A stretch of 64,000 nt of DNA from an uncultured Bacteroidota bacterium (GTDB lineage Bacteria > Bacteroidota > Bacteroidia > Bacteroidales > UBA12481), in contig CAIXHD010000426.1 of assembly GCA_903919065.1 (NCBI GenBank), positions 1,580 to 65,579 on the forward strand, given 5' to 3'. Each line of letters starts with the position of its first letter. Within the stretch, counting starts at the first letter, position 1. The position numbers and the translations under genes are program-made. Shown here one piece after another: positions 44,932 through 54,470 of the stretch. Below the pieces are notes generated by a model. It worked only from the letters and a program-made list of their open reading frames with translations. It did no database searches and was not told the DNA's origin.

Positions 44932-45819
44932 ATGGAAGACCAAAAAAGCAAGCGATTACCCGAGTGGATAAAGCTGAAATCAAGACTTACTGCAGACGAA
45001 ACACAGGAAAGTGTTCGAAAGCTTGTCAAGGAAAATAATCTTAATACAATTTGTATTTCAGGCAATTGCCCGAATATCGGAGAATGCTGGCAGGCAGGTA
45101 CTGCAACATTTATGATTCTGGGCAGTATTTGTACCCGGGCATGCAAGTTTTGCGGAGTAGAAACCGGTAAACCTCTCCCACCCGACCCTGATGAACCCAA
45201 AAGAGTTGCTGATTCCGTAAAAAAAATGGGGATCAGGCATGCCGTTATTACGTCGGTGGACCGTGATGATCTGCCAGACCGGGGCGCAGGATTCTGGGCA
45301 CAAACGATAAAAACCATCAAAGAGGTTAATCCATCTGTAACCATGGAAACGCTCATTCCTGATTTTGATGGCAACCGGGAATTGATCAGTTTGGTAACAA
45401 ATGCCGCGCCGGATGTGATTTCTCATAATCTGGAGACCGTTCGACGTCTCACTCCAGCAATCCGAACAAAAGCCCGATACGATACCAGTCTGGCAGTAAT
45501 CCAACAGATATCAGAATCAGGAATTGTTTCCAAATCAGGAATCATGCTTGGTCTGGGAGAAAAACCTGAGGAGATTCTGGAAACCATGGATGATCTTTTG
45601 AAAGCCGGTTGTCAGGTGATGACTATTGGCCAATACCTTGCACCATCAAGAGAACACCTTCCGGTTAGTGAATGGATTACTCCTGAGGTTTATCAGAATT
45701 ACGAGAAAATCGGCTTAGAAAAAGGGTTCCGCTTTGTGGAGAGCCGACCGTTGGTGAGATCTTCCTATCATGCGGAAAAACATGTAACTTCACGCAATGA
45801 TACCAACGATCAGCTTTAA
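44932..45819 (+). CDS. lipA: Lipoyl synthase
   Basis: CPNIGECW auxiliary cluster motif plus the radical SAM motif CTRACKFC. 295 aa. Confidence 0.95.
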   Translation: MEDQKSKRLPEWIKLKSRLTADETQESVRKLVKENNLNTICISGNCPNIGECWQAGTATFMILGSICTRACKFCGVETGKPLPPDPDEPKRVADSVKKMGIRHAVITSVDRDDLPDRGAGFWAQTIKTIKEVNPSVTMETLIPDFDGNRELISLVTNAAPDVISHNLETVRRLTPAIRTKARYDTSLAVIQQISESGIVSKSGIMLGLGEKPEEILETMDDLLKAGCQVMTIGQYLAPSREHLPVSEWITPEVYQNYEKIGLEKGFRFVESRPLVRSSYHAEKHVTSRNDTNDQL

Positions 45820-46483
45820 AGATCTGGGTTCGATGGACTACCAGAATTCCTGGGATTATCAGGTTTCGCTTTTCAGTGAACGGGTAAACCAGAAGCTGAT
45901 CAACCGCAATCTTCCGAATGACCAGCATATTTATCCTGATAATCATTTGCTGTTTGTCGAACATCCTCATGTTTACACACTTGGTAAATCAGGTAACCAA
46001 AATAATCTTCTGATTGATGATGGGTTCCTGAAAAAAATCAATGCCACCTATTATCATATCGACCGTGGTGGTGATATAACCTATCATGGTCCCGGCCAGA
46101 TTGTAGGGTATCCGATTTTTGACCTTGAACAATTTGGAATGCACATCAAGCAATATGTTTTTGCACTGGAACAGGCTATTATCAACACCCTTGAAAACTA
46201 TGGAATTTCTGGCGAGCGACTGCCTGGTGCAACAGGAGTCTGGCTGGAACCTGACACAAAAAAGGTTAGAAAAATATCTGCAATAGGGGTAAAAGCTTCC
46301 CGTCAGGTAACCATGCATGGATTTGCATTCAATGTGAGTACTGATCTCAATTATTTCAATTATATTAATCCCTGTGGATTTCAGGATAAAGGGGTTACCT
46401 CCCTGGCCAAAGAGTTGGGTAAAGAACCGGACATGGCAGAAGTTAAAATGCGATTAAAAGAAAATATTGTCAGCCTGTTTTAA
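45797..46483 (+). CDS. lipB: Octanoyltransferase (lipoyl(octanoyl) transferase)
   Basis: HPHVYTLG, RGGDITYHGPGQIVGYP and AIGVK motifs. Overlaps the lipA 3' end by 23 nt. Confidence 0.9.
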   Translation: MIPTISFKDLGSMDYQNSWDYQVSLFSERVNQKLINRNLPNDQHIYPDNHLLFVEHPHVYTLGKSGNQNNLLIDDGFLKKINATYYHIDRGGDITYHGPGQIVGYPIFDLEQFGMHIKQYVFALEQAIINTLENYGISGERLPGATGVWLEPDTKKVRKISAIGVKASRQVTMHGFAFNVSTDLNYFNYINPCGFQDKGVTSLAKELGKEPDMAEVKMRLKENIVSLF

Positions 46484-46498
46484 AATCATAATCATTAG

Positions 46499-48877
46499 AT
46501 GGGCAAGCAAAACAGAAGGGATTTCATCAAAAAAGGCGCTGTAGCCGGAGGAGTGGTTCTCACTTCTCCCATCTGGTTCCCTGATGCCCTGGGATTCAGT
46601 CCCGGTCAGGCTGTCGCTCCCGGATTGTCTCAAAACGGCTGGATCAGGGCGGGATGTCCGGCACATAATTGTGGCGGACGTTGCTTATTAAAACTACTTG
46701 TGAAGGATGGAATAATCACAAGAATAGAAACAGATGACAGACCAGGAGATACCGTTGCGGACCCCCAGCTCAGGGCTTGTATCCGGGGTAGATCCTACCG
46801 CAGGCGTCAATATCACACCGACCGTCTAAAGACCCCATTAGTCAGGAATGGCAAAAGAGGCGAAGGGAAATTCCGTGAAGCAACCTGGGATGAGGCGCTG
46901 AGTATCATGGCGGCAGAGATGGTACGAGTCCGCAGTAAATATGGCAATGAATCTATTTTTGTTCCCTATGGAACTGGCAGTTACAGTCATTTGAACGGAC
47001 GATGGCCGGCTGCCCGGTTAATGAACCTGATCGGCGGAGCATTAGAATATTATAATTCCTATTCCTGGGCATGCATTTCAAAAGCTACTCCAACTGTCTA
47101 TGGTACAACGACTACCGGTAACCAACGACAAGATTGGCTGAATTCAAAATATATACTGATGTGGGGATGGAATCCAGCCGAAATGCGTGATGGCACCAAT
47201 TCAGAATTCTTCATTAAAAAAGCCCGTGAAAATGGTGCCCGCGTAGTTTGCATTGATCCCCGTATGACCTTTTCTGCAGTTTCCCTGGCAGATGAATGGA
47301 TTTCGATCCGTCCCGGAACTGATACTGCCATGATGAGTGCTATGGCGTATGTCATGTACAAAGAGAAACTTTATGATTCTGATTTCGTCAGGACACATTG
47401 CGTAGGATTCGATTCCACCCAAATGCCAAAAGGGGTGGAAGATGAGGAGTCTTATGTTGATTACCTCCTGGGCAAATTCGACGGTCAGGAGAAAAGTCCT
47501 CAATGGGCAGCTCCGATCACAGGAGTGCCATCAGAAACCATAACCCGCATAGCCCGGGAGTATGCGACCACCAAACCTGCCATGCTTTACCAGGGTTATG
47601 GCATGCAGCGCAGGGCCTATGGAGAGCAGCCAGTAAGGGGAGGTTGTGTTCTGGCTGCAATAACCGGGAATGTGGGAATCCATGGTGGATGGGCATCCGG
47701 AATCGCCCATCAGCCGGGGGGTGAACCCTTCTGGAGTATTTTTCCCACCGGAACGAATCCTGTTAAAGCAAAAATACCAACCTTTCTTTGGTCTGAGGCT
47801 GTTACGCGAGGCACTACACTCACTGCTAAAGAAGGACTTACCGGAGTTGACAAGCTGAATTCAAACATAAAATTCATCTGGTCAGTGGCTTCAAATATCC
47901 TGATGAACCAGCATGGCAATGTAAACAGGTCCGGCAGAATTCTGGAAAATGAGTCGATGGTTGAATTTATCGTGGTTCAGGATCAGTTCATGACTGCTTC
48001 AGCCCGATATGCCGACCTGGTTCTTCCTGTTTGCACCCATTTTGAAACCTGGGGTCTTGAGGATGGCTGGAAATATGGAGAAGAAGTTATCCTGATGCCA
48101 CAGATAGTTCAACCTTTGGGTCTGGCAAAATCGGATTATCGCATTTGCGCTGATCTGGCCGCCCGGCTTGGTGTTTATGAGGCATTTACTGAAGGTCTTG
48201 ATGAAAGAGGCTGGACGCATAAATTATGGGATGAGTACAGGAGAACCCGATTCCCGAATCTGCCGCCATTTGAACAATTTGTGGAATCCAATCAAGGGGT
48301 ATACAGCGTTCCTGTTAGTGATCCTAAGATTTCCTTCGAAGAGTTCAGGAAAGATCCAATAAAACATCCATTGCAGACTCCCAGCGGCAAGATTGAAATT
48401 TTCTCGAAAACGCTTTTCGATATGGGCATGAAGGAAGAGATTCCGGCGGTACCAAAATATATTCAGGAGTGGGAATCACCTTTCGGGCCAGAAGCGAAGG
48501 CTTACCCGCTGCAAGCCATCGGACCTCATTATATGGCTCGTGTCCATTCAACACACGACAATGTCGACTGGCTTCGTGAAGCATTTCCCCAGAGGGTCTT
48601 TATCAACCCTATTGATGCCAAAGACCGTAAATTAAATGACGGAGACCGGGTTTTGGTTTTTAACGACAGGGGAAAGATCAGCCTTCCATGCCGCGTGACT
48701 CCGAGAATCATGCCAGGAGTTGTGTCCATACCGCAGGGTGCCTGGACAAAACCTGGTCCGGACGGCATTGACAGGAACGGAAATATTAATATACTATCGT
48801 CTGAAAGATGGACGCCACTTGCATTTGGCAATGCACAGCATACAATTATGGTTGAAATAAAAAGATCTAAAAATTGA
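46499..48877 (+). CDS. dmsA: Tat-exported DMSO reductase family catalytic subunit A
   Basis: RRDFIKKGAVAGG leader. Collinear by eye with E. coli DmsA (GEGKFREATWDEAL, YGNESIF.PYGTG, TPSGKIEIFS, RVHSTHDNVDWL, VTPRIMPGVV). Confidence 0.88.
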   Translation: MGKQNRRDFIKKGAVAGGVVLTSPIWFPDALGFSPGQAVAPGLSQNGWIRAGCPAHNCGGRCLLKLLVKDGIITRIETDDRPGDTVADPQLRACIRGRSYRRRQYHTDRLKTPLVRNGKRGEGKFREATWDEALSIMAAEMVRVRSKYGNESIFVPYGTGSYSHLNGRWPAARLMNLIGGALEYYNSYSWACISKATPTVYGTTTTGNQRQDWLNSKYILMWGWNPAEMRDGTNSEFFIKKARENGARVVCIDPRMTFSAVSLADEWISIRPGTDTAMMSAMAYVMYKEKLYDSDFVRTHCVGFDSTQMPKGVEDEESYVDYLLGKFDGQEKSPQWAAPITGVPSETITRIAREYATTKPAMLYQGYGMQRRAYGEQPVRGGCVLAAITGNVGIHGGWASGIAHQPGGEPFWSIFPTGTNPVKAKIPTFLWSEAVTRGTTLTAKEGLTGVDKLNSNIKFIWSVASNILMNQHGNVNRSGRILENESMVEFIVVQDQFMTASARYADLVLPVCTHFETWGLEDGWKYGEEVILMPQIVQPLGLAKSDYRICADLAARLGVYEAFTEGLDERGWTHKLWDEYRRTRFPNLPPFEQFVESNQGVYSVPVSDPKISFEEFRKDPIKHPLQTPSGKIEIFSKTLFDMGMKEEIPAVPKYIQEWESPFGPEAKAYPLQAIGPHYMARVHSTHDNVDWLREAFPQRVFINPIDAKDRKLNDGDRVLVFNDRGKISLPCRVTPRIMPGVVSIPQGAWTKPGPDGIDRNGNINILSSERWTPLAFGNAQHTIMVEIKRSKN

Positions 48878-49497
48878 GCACTTTCGGATTTTTTTGCGAC
48901 ACATCTGCCTGTTCCGGTTGTAAAACCTGCCAGGTATCCTGCAAGGACAAAAATGATCTCGATGCAGGGATTCGTTTTCGCAGGGTTTATGAAGTTGTCG
49001 GTGCTAATTGGAACAAAACAGATGAAGGAGCCTGGGAGCATGACATTGTCGCCTATAATCTGTCCATTGGCTGTAATCACTGTGAAAATCCAGCATGCGT
49101 AAAGGCTTGTCCCACAAAAGCTATGCATGCCGAACTCGATGGGATGATTTTGATAGACCCTAATAAATGCATTGGTTGCCGGTACTGCGAATGGGCTTGT
49201 CCGTATGGAGCTCCACAGTACAATAAACTTAAGGGAATCATGCAGAAATGTGATTTTTGCCGGGATTATGTATTGGAGGGAAAACCACCTGCGTGCGTAT
49301 CATCCTGTCCAATGCGTGTTTTGGAATTTGGGCCCATAAGTCAGTTAATCGAAAAACATGGGGATAATCGCTCCGTTTATCCGTTACCTGACCCTTCTAT
49401 TACGCGGCCGGCACTGTTCATCAGAAAGCACCCGGGAGCTAAGCTGGCAAAGAAATTAAATGCATCAATTATAAATCGTGAGGAGGTTAAAGAATGA
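48874..49497 (+). CDS. dmsB: DMSO reductase family 4Fe-4S subunit B
   Basis: FGFFCDTSACSGCKTCQVSCKD, CNHCENPACVKACP, CIGCRYCEWACP and CDFC...C. The only possible start before the first cluster is TTG 48874, which overlaps the dmsA TGA (TTGA). Confidence 0.88.
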   Translation: MSTFGFFCDTSACSGCKTCQVSCKDKNDLDAGIRFRRVYEVVGANWNKTDEGAWEHDIVAYNLSIGCNHCENPACVKACPTKAMHAELDGMILIDPNKCIGCRYCEWACPYGAPQYNKLKGIMQKCDFCRDYVLEGKPPACVSSCPMRVLEFGPISQLIEKHGDNRSVYPLPDPSITRPALFIRKHPGAKLAKKLNASIINREEVKE

Positions 49498-50363
49498 AGA
49501 GCAGCGAATGGCCTTTAGTAATATTTTCATTGGCGATTCAATTATCGGCCGGGATAATGGTGATATACGACCTGTTCATCCTGTTTCCGATGTATCGCAG
49601 CAGGGTTGCTTTTCCTTCTAAATATCACTGGATACTGCTGATTGCTCTCGGTGCCGCCTTGGTCGGTGTAATTTTTTCATTTTTGCATCTCGGCAATCCG
49701 ACCAATGCCCCACGGTCTTTATCAAACATCGGGACTTCCTGGCTGAGCCGTGAGATCACCGGTGTATTGATTTATTCCGCCCTATTAATGGGCACAACAA
49801 TCCTGCATTTTGTCATGCCATCGGCAGGCAGATCGCTAAAATGGCTTGTTGATCTCACTGCTCTTACAGGAGTAATCCTAATTTTTATTATGAGCAAAAT
49901 ATACATGATACCGGCACGGCCAGCCTGGAATTCAGTCTTTACGCCGCTCGGATTCTATATGGCAGCTATCGTAATGGGAGCGAGCCTGTTATTGCTTTTT
50001 CAGATAAACCACGGGTCGTGGGCCAGTCAAAAATCACTGGCAATTCTCACCATAAGTATTCCGGTTATTCAGCTTGCCATATTGCCGATTTACATGTCGT
50101 GGCTTGGCCATCCGGATTTTGCCGGAGGAAAAGGATTAGCAATTCTTTTGCATAATCACCTTATTGCTTTCTATTTAAGGCTGGTTCTATATTTACTGGC
50201 CATAGCATTCGGATTCTGGGCATTCTTTACCATTCGTTCAGACACCACACAGAACCGCCTGCTCTTTGCCCCTGCCTTGCTGGCATGGGCTTCCATACTT
50301 GCGGCACAGATTGTCGACCGGTTACTTTTTTATACGCAGAATATTTCTCCCGAAGGATTTTAG
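49494..50363 (+). CDS. dmsC: DMSO reductase family membrane anchor subunit C
   Basis: 289 aa with about 8 TM helices and a DmsC-like N-terminus, SEWPLVIFSLAIQLSAG. ATGA overlap with dmsB. Confidence 0.8.
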   Translation: MKSSEWPLVIFSLAIQLSAGIMVIYDLFILFPMYRSRVAFPSKYHWILLIALGAALVGVIFSFLHLGNPTNAPRSLSNIGTSWLSREITGVLIYSALLMGTTILHFVMPSAGRSLKWLVDLTALTGVILIFIMSKIYMIPARPAWNSVFTPLGFYMAAIVMGASLLLLFQINHGSWASQKSLAILTISIPVIQLAILPIYMSWLGHPDFAGGKGLAILLHNHLIAFYLRLVLYLLAIAFGFWAFFTIRSDTTQNRLLFAPALLAWASILAAQIVDRLLFYTQNISPEGF

Positions 50364-51607
50364 GCTGACGCAACTTTTCTGGATTTCTCCCTGTAGCCTC
50401 GATAACCGAACAGGAATATAATCATAAAACAGACCATCGGGACCAGAAATCCAATCTGCATGCCATGTTTGTCCGCAATCCAACCCATGAAAACCGGGCA
50501 TAATGCTCCTCCCACTATTGCCATAACCAGGTAGGATGAGGCTGGTTTTGCCTGCGCCCCCAATCCCCGGATGCCCAGGGCAAAAATAGATGGAAACATA
50601 ATCGACATACAGAAATAGGTAACAAACAGAGCGATGAGTGAAATCCATCCGAGATTTGCGACAACAAGCAGCATGGTTACAACATTAACCAAAGCATAGG
50701 TGGCAATCATCCTGTTTGGCTTGATCCATTTCATGATTACGCTTCCGGAGATTCTTCCAAGCCAGAAGAAGAAAAATCCGAGGGACAAAAGTAAAGCTGC
50801 TTTCTCAGAGGAAAACCTTGGCATAGTTTCAGTTACATAATTTATAAAAAAGCTGTTAATACCTGTCTGTGCAGCAACATAGAAGAACTGGGCGATAACA
50901 GCATAGCGAAAATGACTGTGTTTCCAAAAAGGTTTTGTTACGGTACCGGCTTCATGATGTTCGAACTCATCCTCATTAATCTCAGGCAATTTTGTAAAGA
51001 CAAACATCAGTGCTACCAGAAGAACAAATGAGCCCAGAACCATATATGGCAATGCCATAGATGAAAACTTATTTCCTCCAACCTCAGCGGTATTACCCAG
51101 TATCAGGAAACCTCCTACAGCAGGTCCGATCATCCATCCAAGACCATTAAACGATTGAGAAAGATTTATTCGCTGTGCTGCGCTGTGCTTAGGCCCCAAA
51201 ACGGTGGTATACGGGTTTGCCGCAGTCTCGAGAAAGGTAAGTCCGCAGGCAATGATAAAGAGGCAAAGCAAAGTAAATTCAAATGTCTGTATATAGGTAG
51301 CAGGAAGAAACAGGAAAGCACCGCAGGCATAAACTACAAGGCCCATTATTATTCCCTTTCGGTAGCCAAAACGTTTCATAAAAAGGCCCGCCGGAATTCC
51401 CATAAGGAAATAGCCTCCATAAAGAGCAGCCTGAATCCATCCTGACTTAGCCTTGGTAATACCGAGAATTTCCTGAAAATGTTTATTAAGCACATCAAGG
51501 AGACTGTGAGCGAATCCCCATAAAAAGAACAAACTCGTAACAAGGATAAAAGGAATCAGAAAATTCCTTCCATCTACCTTAACAAGGGAAGTTTTAGTTG
51601 AACTCAT
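50360..51607 (-). CDS. fucP: MFS L-fucose:H+ symporter-type permease
   Basis: 415 aa. SLFFLWGFAHSLLDVLNKHFQ parallels E. coli FucP SLFFLWAVANNLNDILLPQFQ. Its stop codon overlaps the dmsC stop (convergent, 4 nt). Confidence 0.8.
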   Translation of the reverse strand: MSSTKTSLVKVDGRNFLIPFILVTSLFFLWGFAHSLLDVLNKHFQEILGITKAKSGWIQAALYGGYFLMGIPAGLFMKRFGYRKGIIMGLVVYACGAFLFLPATYIQTFEFTLLCLFIIACGLTFLETAANPYTTVLGPKHSAAQRINLSQSFNGLGWMIGPAVGGFLILGNTAEVGGNKFSSMALPYMVLGSFVLLVALMFVFTKLPEINEDEFEHHEAGTVTKPFWKHSHFRYAVIAQFFYVAAQTGINSFFINYVTETMPRFSSEKAALLLSLGFFFFWLGRISGSVIMKWIKPNRMIATYALVNVVTMLLVVANLGWISLIALFVTYFCMSIMFPSIFALGIRGLGAQAKPASSYLVMAIVGGALCPVFMGWIADKHGMQIGFLVPMVCFMIIFLFGYRGYREKSRKVASA

Positions 51608-51647
51608 TTCTTCAGATTTATTAGCAGATACTTTAATTAGATCTTTC

Positions 51648-51655
51648 CAAAGCTA
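51648..51655 (-). promoter_or_regulatory. Bacteroidota-type -7 promoter element TAnnTTTG (TAGCTTTG) for fucP
   Basis: Exact motif on the minus strand, about 40 nt upstream of the fucP ATG. Confidence 0.45.
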
Positions 51656-51671
51656 CCATTTTTGTCCATTT

Positions 51672-52832
51672 TTAAATACGCGAGGCTAAAATTGCCGGAA
51701 CATCTTCAATAGAAAGATCCCCGGCTCCACCGAGCATGTTAACATCATGACTTTTAAGCTGATCGATTACCTGTCCGATTACCTCTGCGCCAATGCCATA
51801 ATCCGACAGTTTAGTTTTCACGCCCAGACAGCGGAAAAAATCCTCGGTCAGCCTGATGGATTCCATAATTGCCGCCTGATGATCGAAACTGGTAATCCCC
51901 CAGATCCTTTCAGCAAACTGCAGCATTTTCTGTTCACGTTTCACGCTAAGGTGTGTCATTACACCCGGCAGAACTATGGCAAGTGACACTGCATGGTCAA
52001 ATCCGTAGAGTACAGTTAATTCATGTCCGATGGTATGAGTACTCCAGTCGCTGGTCACCCCCATCGAGATAGAGGTATTTAAAGCATTGGTTGCAGCCCA
52101 CATGAAATTAGCCATGTTATCATAATCAGGTTCTGAATCGGCAAAAACTTTTGACCCCGTGCTTCTCAGGATCATGAGCAGGCTTTCTGCAAACCGGTCC
52201 TGCACTTCAGCTTTAGATGGATAGGTCAGATATTGTTCGAGAACATGAATAAAGGCATCAATTATTCCGTTCGCGATTTGATTTTTCGGCAACGAATAGG
52301 TGACTTCAGGATCCAGGACAGAGAAAACCGGCATCACTGCAGATGAACCGAAAGCCAGTTTATGTTTTACTGAAAGCCTCGTTACTACTGAGTTTCCGTT
52401 CATTTCCGTTCCGGTGGCAGGCAAAGTAAGGACCGTTCCTAAGGGCAAAGCCACTTTGACGGCGGCATGCATGCTGAGTATTTCCCATGGGTCGGTACCG
52501 GTGTAACAAGCAGCTGCTGCCAGAAACTTGGCTCCATCGATTACTGATCCCCCACCTACGGCAAGAATAAATCCAATCTTCTTTTCCCTGATAATATCCA
52601 ATGCCGGCATCAGCTGTTCATAAACAGGATTCGGCTGAACCCCGGGATATTCGTAAAATTCAGTAGACCCCAATGCGCTGATTACTTGATCATAAACTCC
52701 ATTTTTCCTTATGCTTCCTCCACCATATACTAACAAAACAGGCACTCCCTCAGGTAAATGCATGCTGATTTTCGAAATAGCACCTTTACCAAAAAGGATG
52801 CGAACAGGGTTATAGTATTCAAAATTCTTCAT
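51672..52832 (-). CDS. Iron-containing (group III) alcohol dehydrogenase, possible lactaldehyde/aldehyde reductase
   Basis: 386 aa with GGGSVIDGAKF and the His-rich metal site (IDAFIHVLEQY, HTIGHELT) of the Fe-ADH family. Located next to fucP. Confidence 0.85.
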   Translation of the reverse strand: MKNFEYYNPVRILFGKGAISKISMHLPEGVPVLLVYGGGSIRKNGVYDQVISALGSTEFYEYPGVQPNPVYEQLMPALDIIREKKIGFILAVGGGSVIDGAKFLAAAACYTGTDPWEILSMHAAVKVALPLGTVLTLPATGTEMNGNSVVTRLSVKHKLAFGSSAVMPVFSVLDPEVTYSLPKNQIANGIIDAFIHVLEQYLTYPSKAEVQDRFAESLLMILRSTGSKVFADSEPDYDNMANFMWAATNALNTSISMGVTSDWSTHTIGHELTVLYGFDHAVSLAIVLPGVMTHLSVKREQKMLQFAERIWGITSFDHQAAIMESIRLTEDFFRCLGVKTKLSDYGIGAEVIGQVIDQLKSHDVNMLGGAGDLSIEDVPAILASRI

Positions 52833-52867
52833 GTCAGTTTGTGATTTTTATCAGTTTACAAAGCGAA

Positions 52868-52875
52868 CAAAAGTA
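52868..52875 (-). promoter_or_regulatory. Bacteroidota-type -7 promoter element TAnnTTTG (TACTTTTG) for the Fe-ADH gene
   Basis: Exact motif on the minus strand, 35 nt upstream of ATG 52832. Confidence 0.45.
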
Positions 52876-52920
52876 AGGGTTTTTACTAATTTTAGACCAT
52901 TAATTACCACTGACCCATAA

Positions 52921-54408
52921 ATGAAAACCCATGCCTTTCTTGCCGGCCTAAGCACGGTACCAATATTCTTTTCAGCAGGATCCAAGACTGATAATCAACC
53001 CGATCGGCCAAATATTGTAATTATTCTCGCCGATGATCTGGGTTACGGTGATCTTTCCTGCCTCAATTCTGAATCCAGAATCAAAACTCCCTTCATGGAC
53101 CAGATTGCACAGAGCGGAATGGTTTTCACCAATGCTCATTCACCCTCAGCAGTATCCTCCCCCACCCGATACGGAATGCTGACCGGGGAGTATTGTTTTC
53201 GGACAACCTTGAAATCTGGTGTTCTGACCGGTTATTCGCCCAGTCTTATTGATGCAAAAAAGACGACCATCGCAGAGATGATCAAGTTGGCCGGTTACCA
53301 GACCGCATGCGTCGGGAAATGGCATCTGGGATTGGACTGGGCTCGCAAAGATACTACCCAGCCTCTCATTAAAGGGGACCCATGGAATCATCCAAATACT
53401 GAAAACATTGACTATACGGCCACTATGCACGGAGGGCCTGACGACAATGGTTTCGACTACTCCTATATCATTCCGTCATCGCTTGATATAACCCCATATG
53501 TCTATATACGCAATGGCAAAGCGATTGCGAAGGTTGCAGATACTATATCGGGAAGGAATACCCCAAGAGGCATTTTCTGGCGCACAGGAGACATACAAGA
53601 TGGCTTTAAGCTGGAGACTGTACTTGAAACACTGACTTCTGAAGCAGTCGGGTATCTTAATCAGCAGTCGGCTTCAGGTTCTCCTTTTCTTCTGTATTTT
53701 CCATTAACAGCTCCGCATGAGCCATGGCTTCCCTCAGACAGCTACAAGGGTAAATCAGGAGCCGGAACCTATGGGGACTTTGTTACGCAGGTAGATGATT
53801 GTGTGGGCAGAGTTCTGGCTACTTTAGAAAAGAAGCATCTCGATAAAAACACCATTGTCATTGTTACCAGCGACAATGGTTCCAACTGGACATCTGAAGA
53901 CATCAAGACCTGGAATCATAAAGGCAACTGGATTTTCAGGGGCCAGAAATCAGATATATGGGAAGGGGGGCACCATATTCCGCTATTGGTAAGGTGGCCC
54001 GGTAAAATATCGAAAGGCCGGTCGACAGACCAGTTAGTCTGCCTGACCGATTTTTTTGCAACATTCGCTGAACTCACCAATTATAGAAAAAATCAGGATG
54101 AGGGTCCCGACAGTTTCAGCTTCCTATCTTCCTTAACCGGCAAAAAACCGTTATTGCCATTAAGAACAAGCATTATCCACCATTCGATTTCCGGGATGTT
54201 TGCCATTACCTCTGGAAGTTGGAAATTCATTGATGGAAAAGGATCAGGCGGATGGTCTGAAAAAGGACGCCCTGAGGATCCTGCCGGTCAGCTTTACAAC
54301 CTTAAATCAGATCCATCTGAAAAAACAAATTTATTTGATCAAAACCCTGATATAGTGTATAATCTGAAGAATCAGCTAAATGAGATTAAAAACCGGAGCT
54401 CCTTCTGA
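52921..54408 (+). CDS. Sulfatase (arylsulfatase family), Ser-type formylglycine motif
   Basis: Signal peptide, IILADDLGYGD, FGly motif S-S-P-T-R-YGMLTG (Ser rather than Cys at the modified position), and GKWHLG. Confidence 0.85.
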   Translation: MKTHAFLAGLSTVPIFFSAGSKTDNQPDRPNIVIILADDLGYGDLSCLNSESRIKTPFMDQIAQSGMVFTNAHSPSAVSSPTRYGMLTGEYCFRTTLKSGVLTGYSPSLIDAKKTTIAEMIKLAGYQTACVGKWHLGLDWARKDTTQPLIKGDPWNHPNTENIDYTATMHGGPDDNGFDYSYIIPSSLDITPYVYIRNGKAIAKVADTISGRNTPRGIFWRTGDIQDGFKLETVLETLTSEAVGYLNQQSASGSPFLLYFPLTAPHEPWLPSDSYKGKSGAGTYGDFVTQVDDCVGRVLATLEKKHLDKNTIVIVTSDNGSNWTSEDIKTWNHKGNWIFRGQKSDIWEGGHHIPLLVRWPGKISKGRSTDQLVCLTDFFATFAELTNYRKNQDEGPDSFSFLSSLTGKKPLLPLRTSIIHHSISGMFAITSGSWKFIDGKGSGGWSEKGRPEDPAGQLYNLKSDPSEKTNLFDQNPDIVYNLKNQLNEIKNRSSF

Positions 54409-54470
54409 GCAAAGGCTGTCAGGATTTGCTCAACCTTTAGTATTTTTAAGCCAAAATCAAGAATACCGCT

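Noticed and set aside
44829-45374. 181-aa ORF on the minus strand
   Set aside because: It is entirely antisense to lipA, whose plus-strand translation carries unmistakable lipoyl synthase motifs. The antisense product is Ser-rich and low-complexity. It is an antisense-frame artefact.
46655-46684. DmsA N-terminal FeS motif spacing C-x4-C-x3-C (CPAHNCGGRC) versus C-x3-C-x3-C in E. coli DmsA
   Set aside because: A one-residue spacing difference is within the variation I would expect for the family, and I cannot evaluate it without an alignment. It is not reported as unusual.
48529-49128. 199-aa ORF on the minus strand
   Set aside because: It spans the dmsA/dmsB junction antisense to two strongly supported genes and has no recognisable motif.
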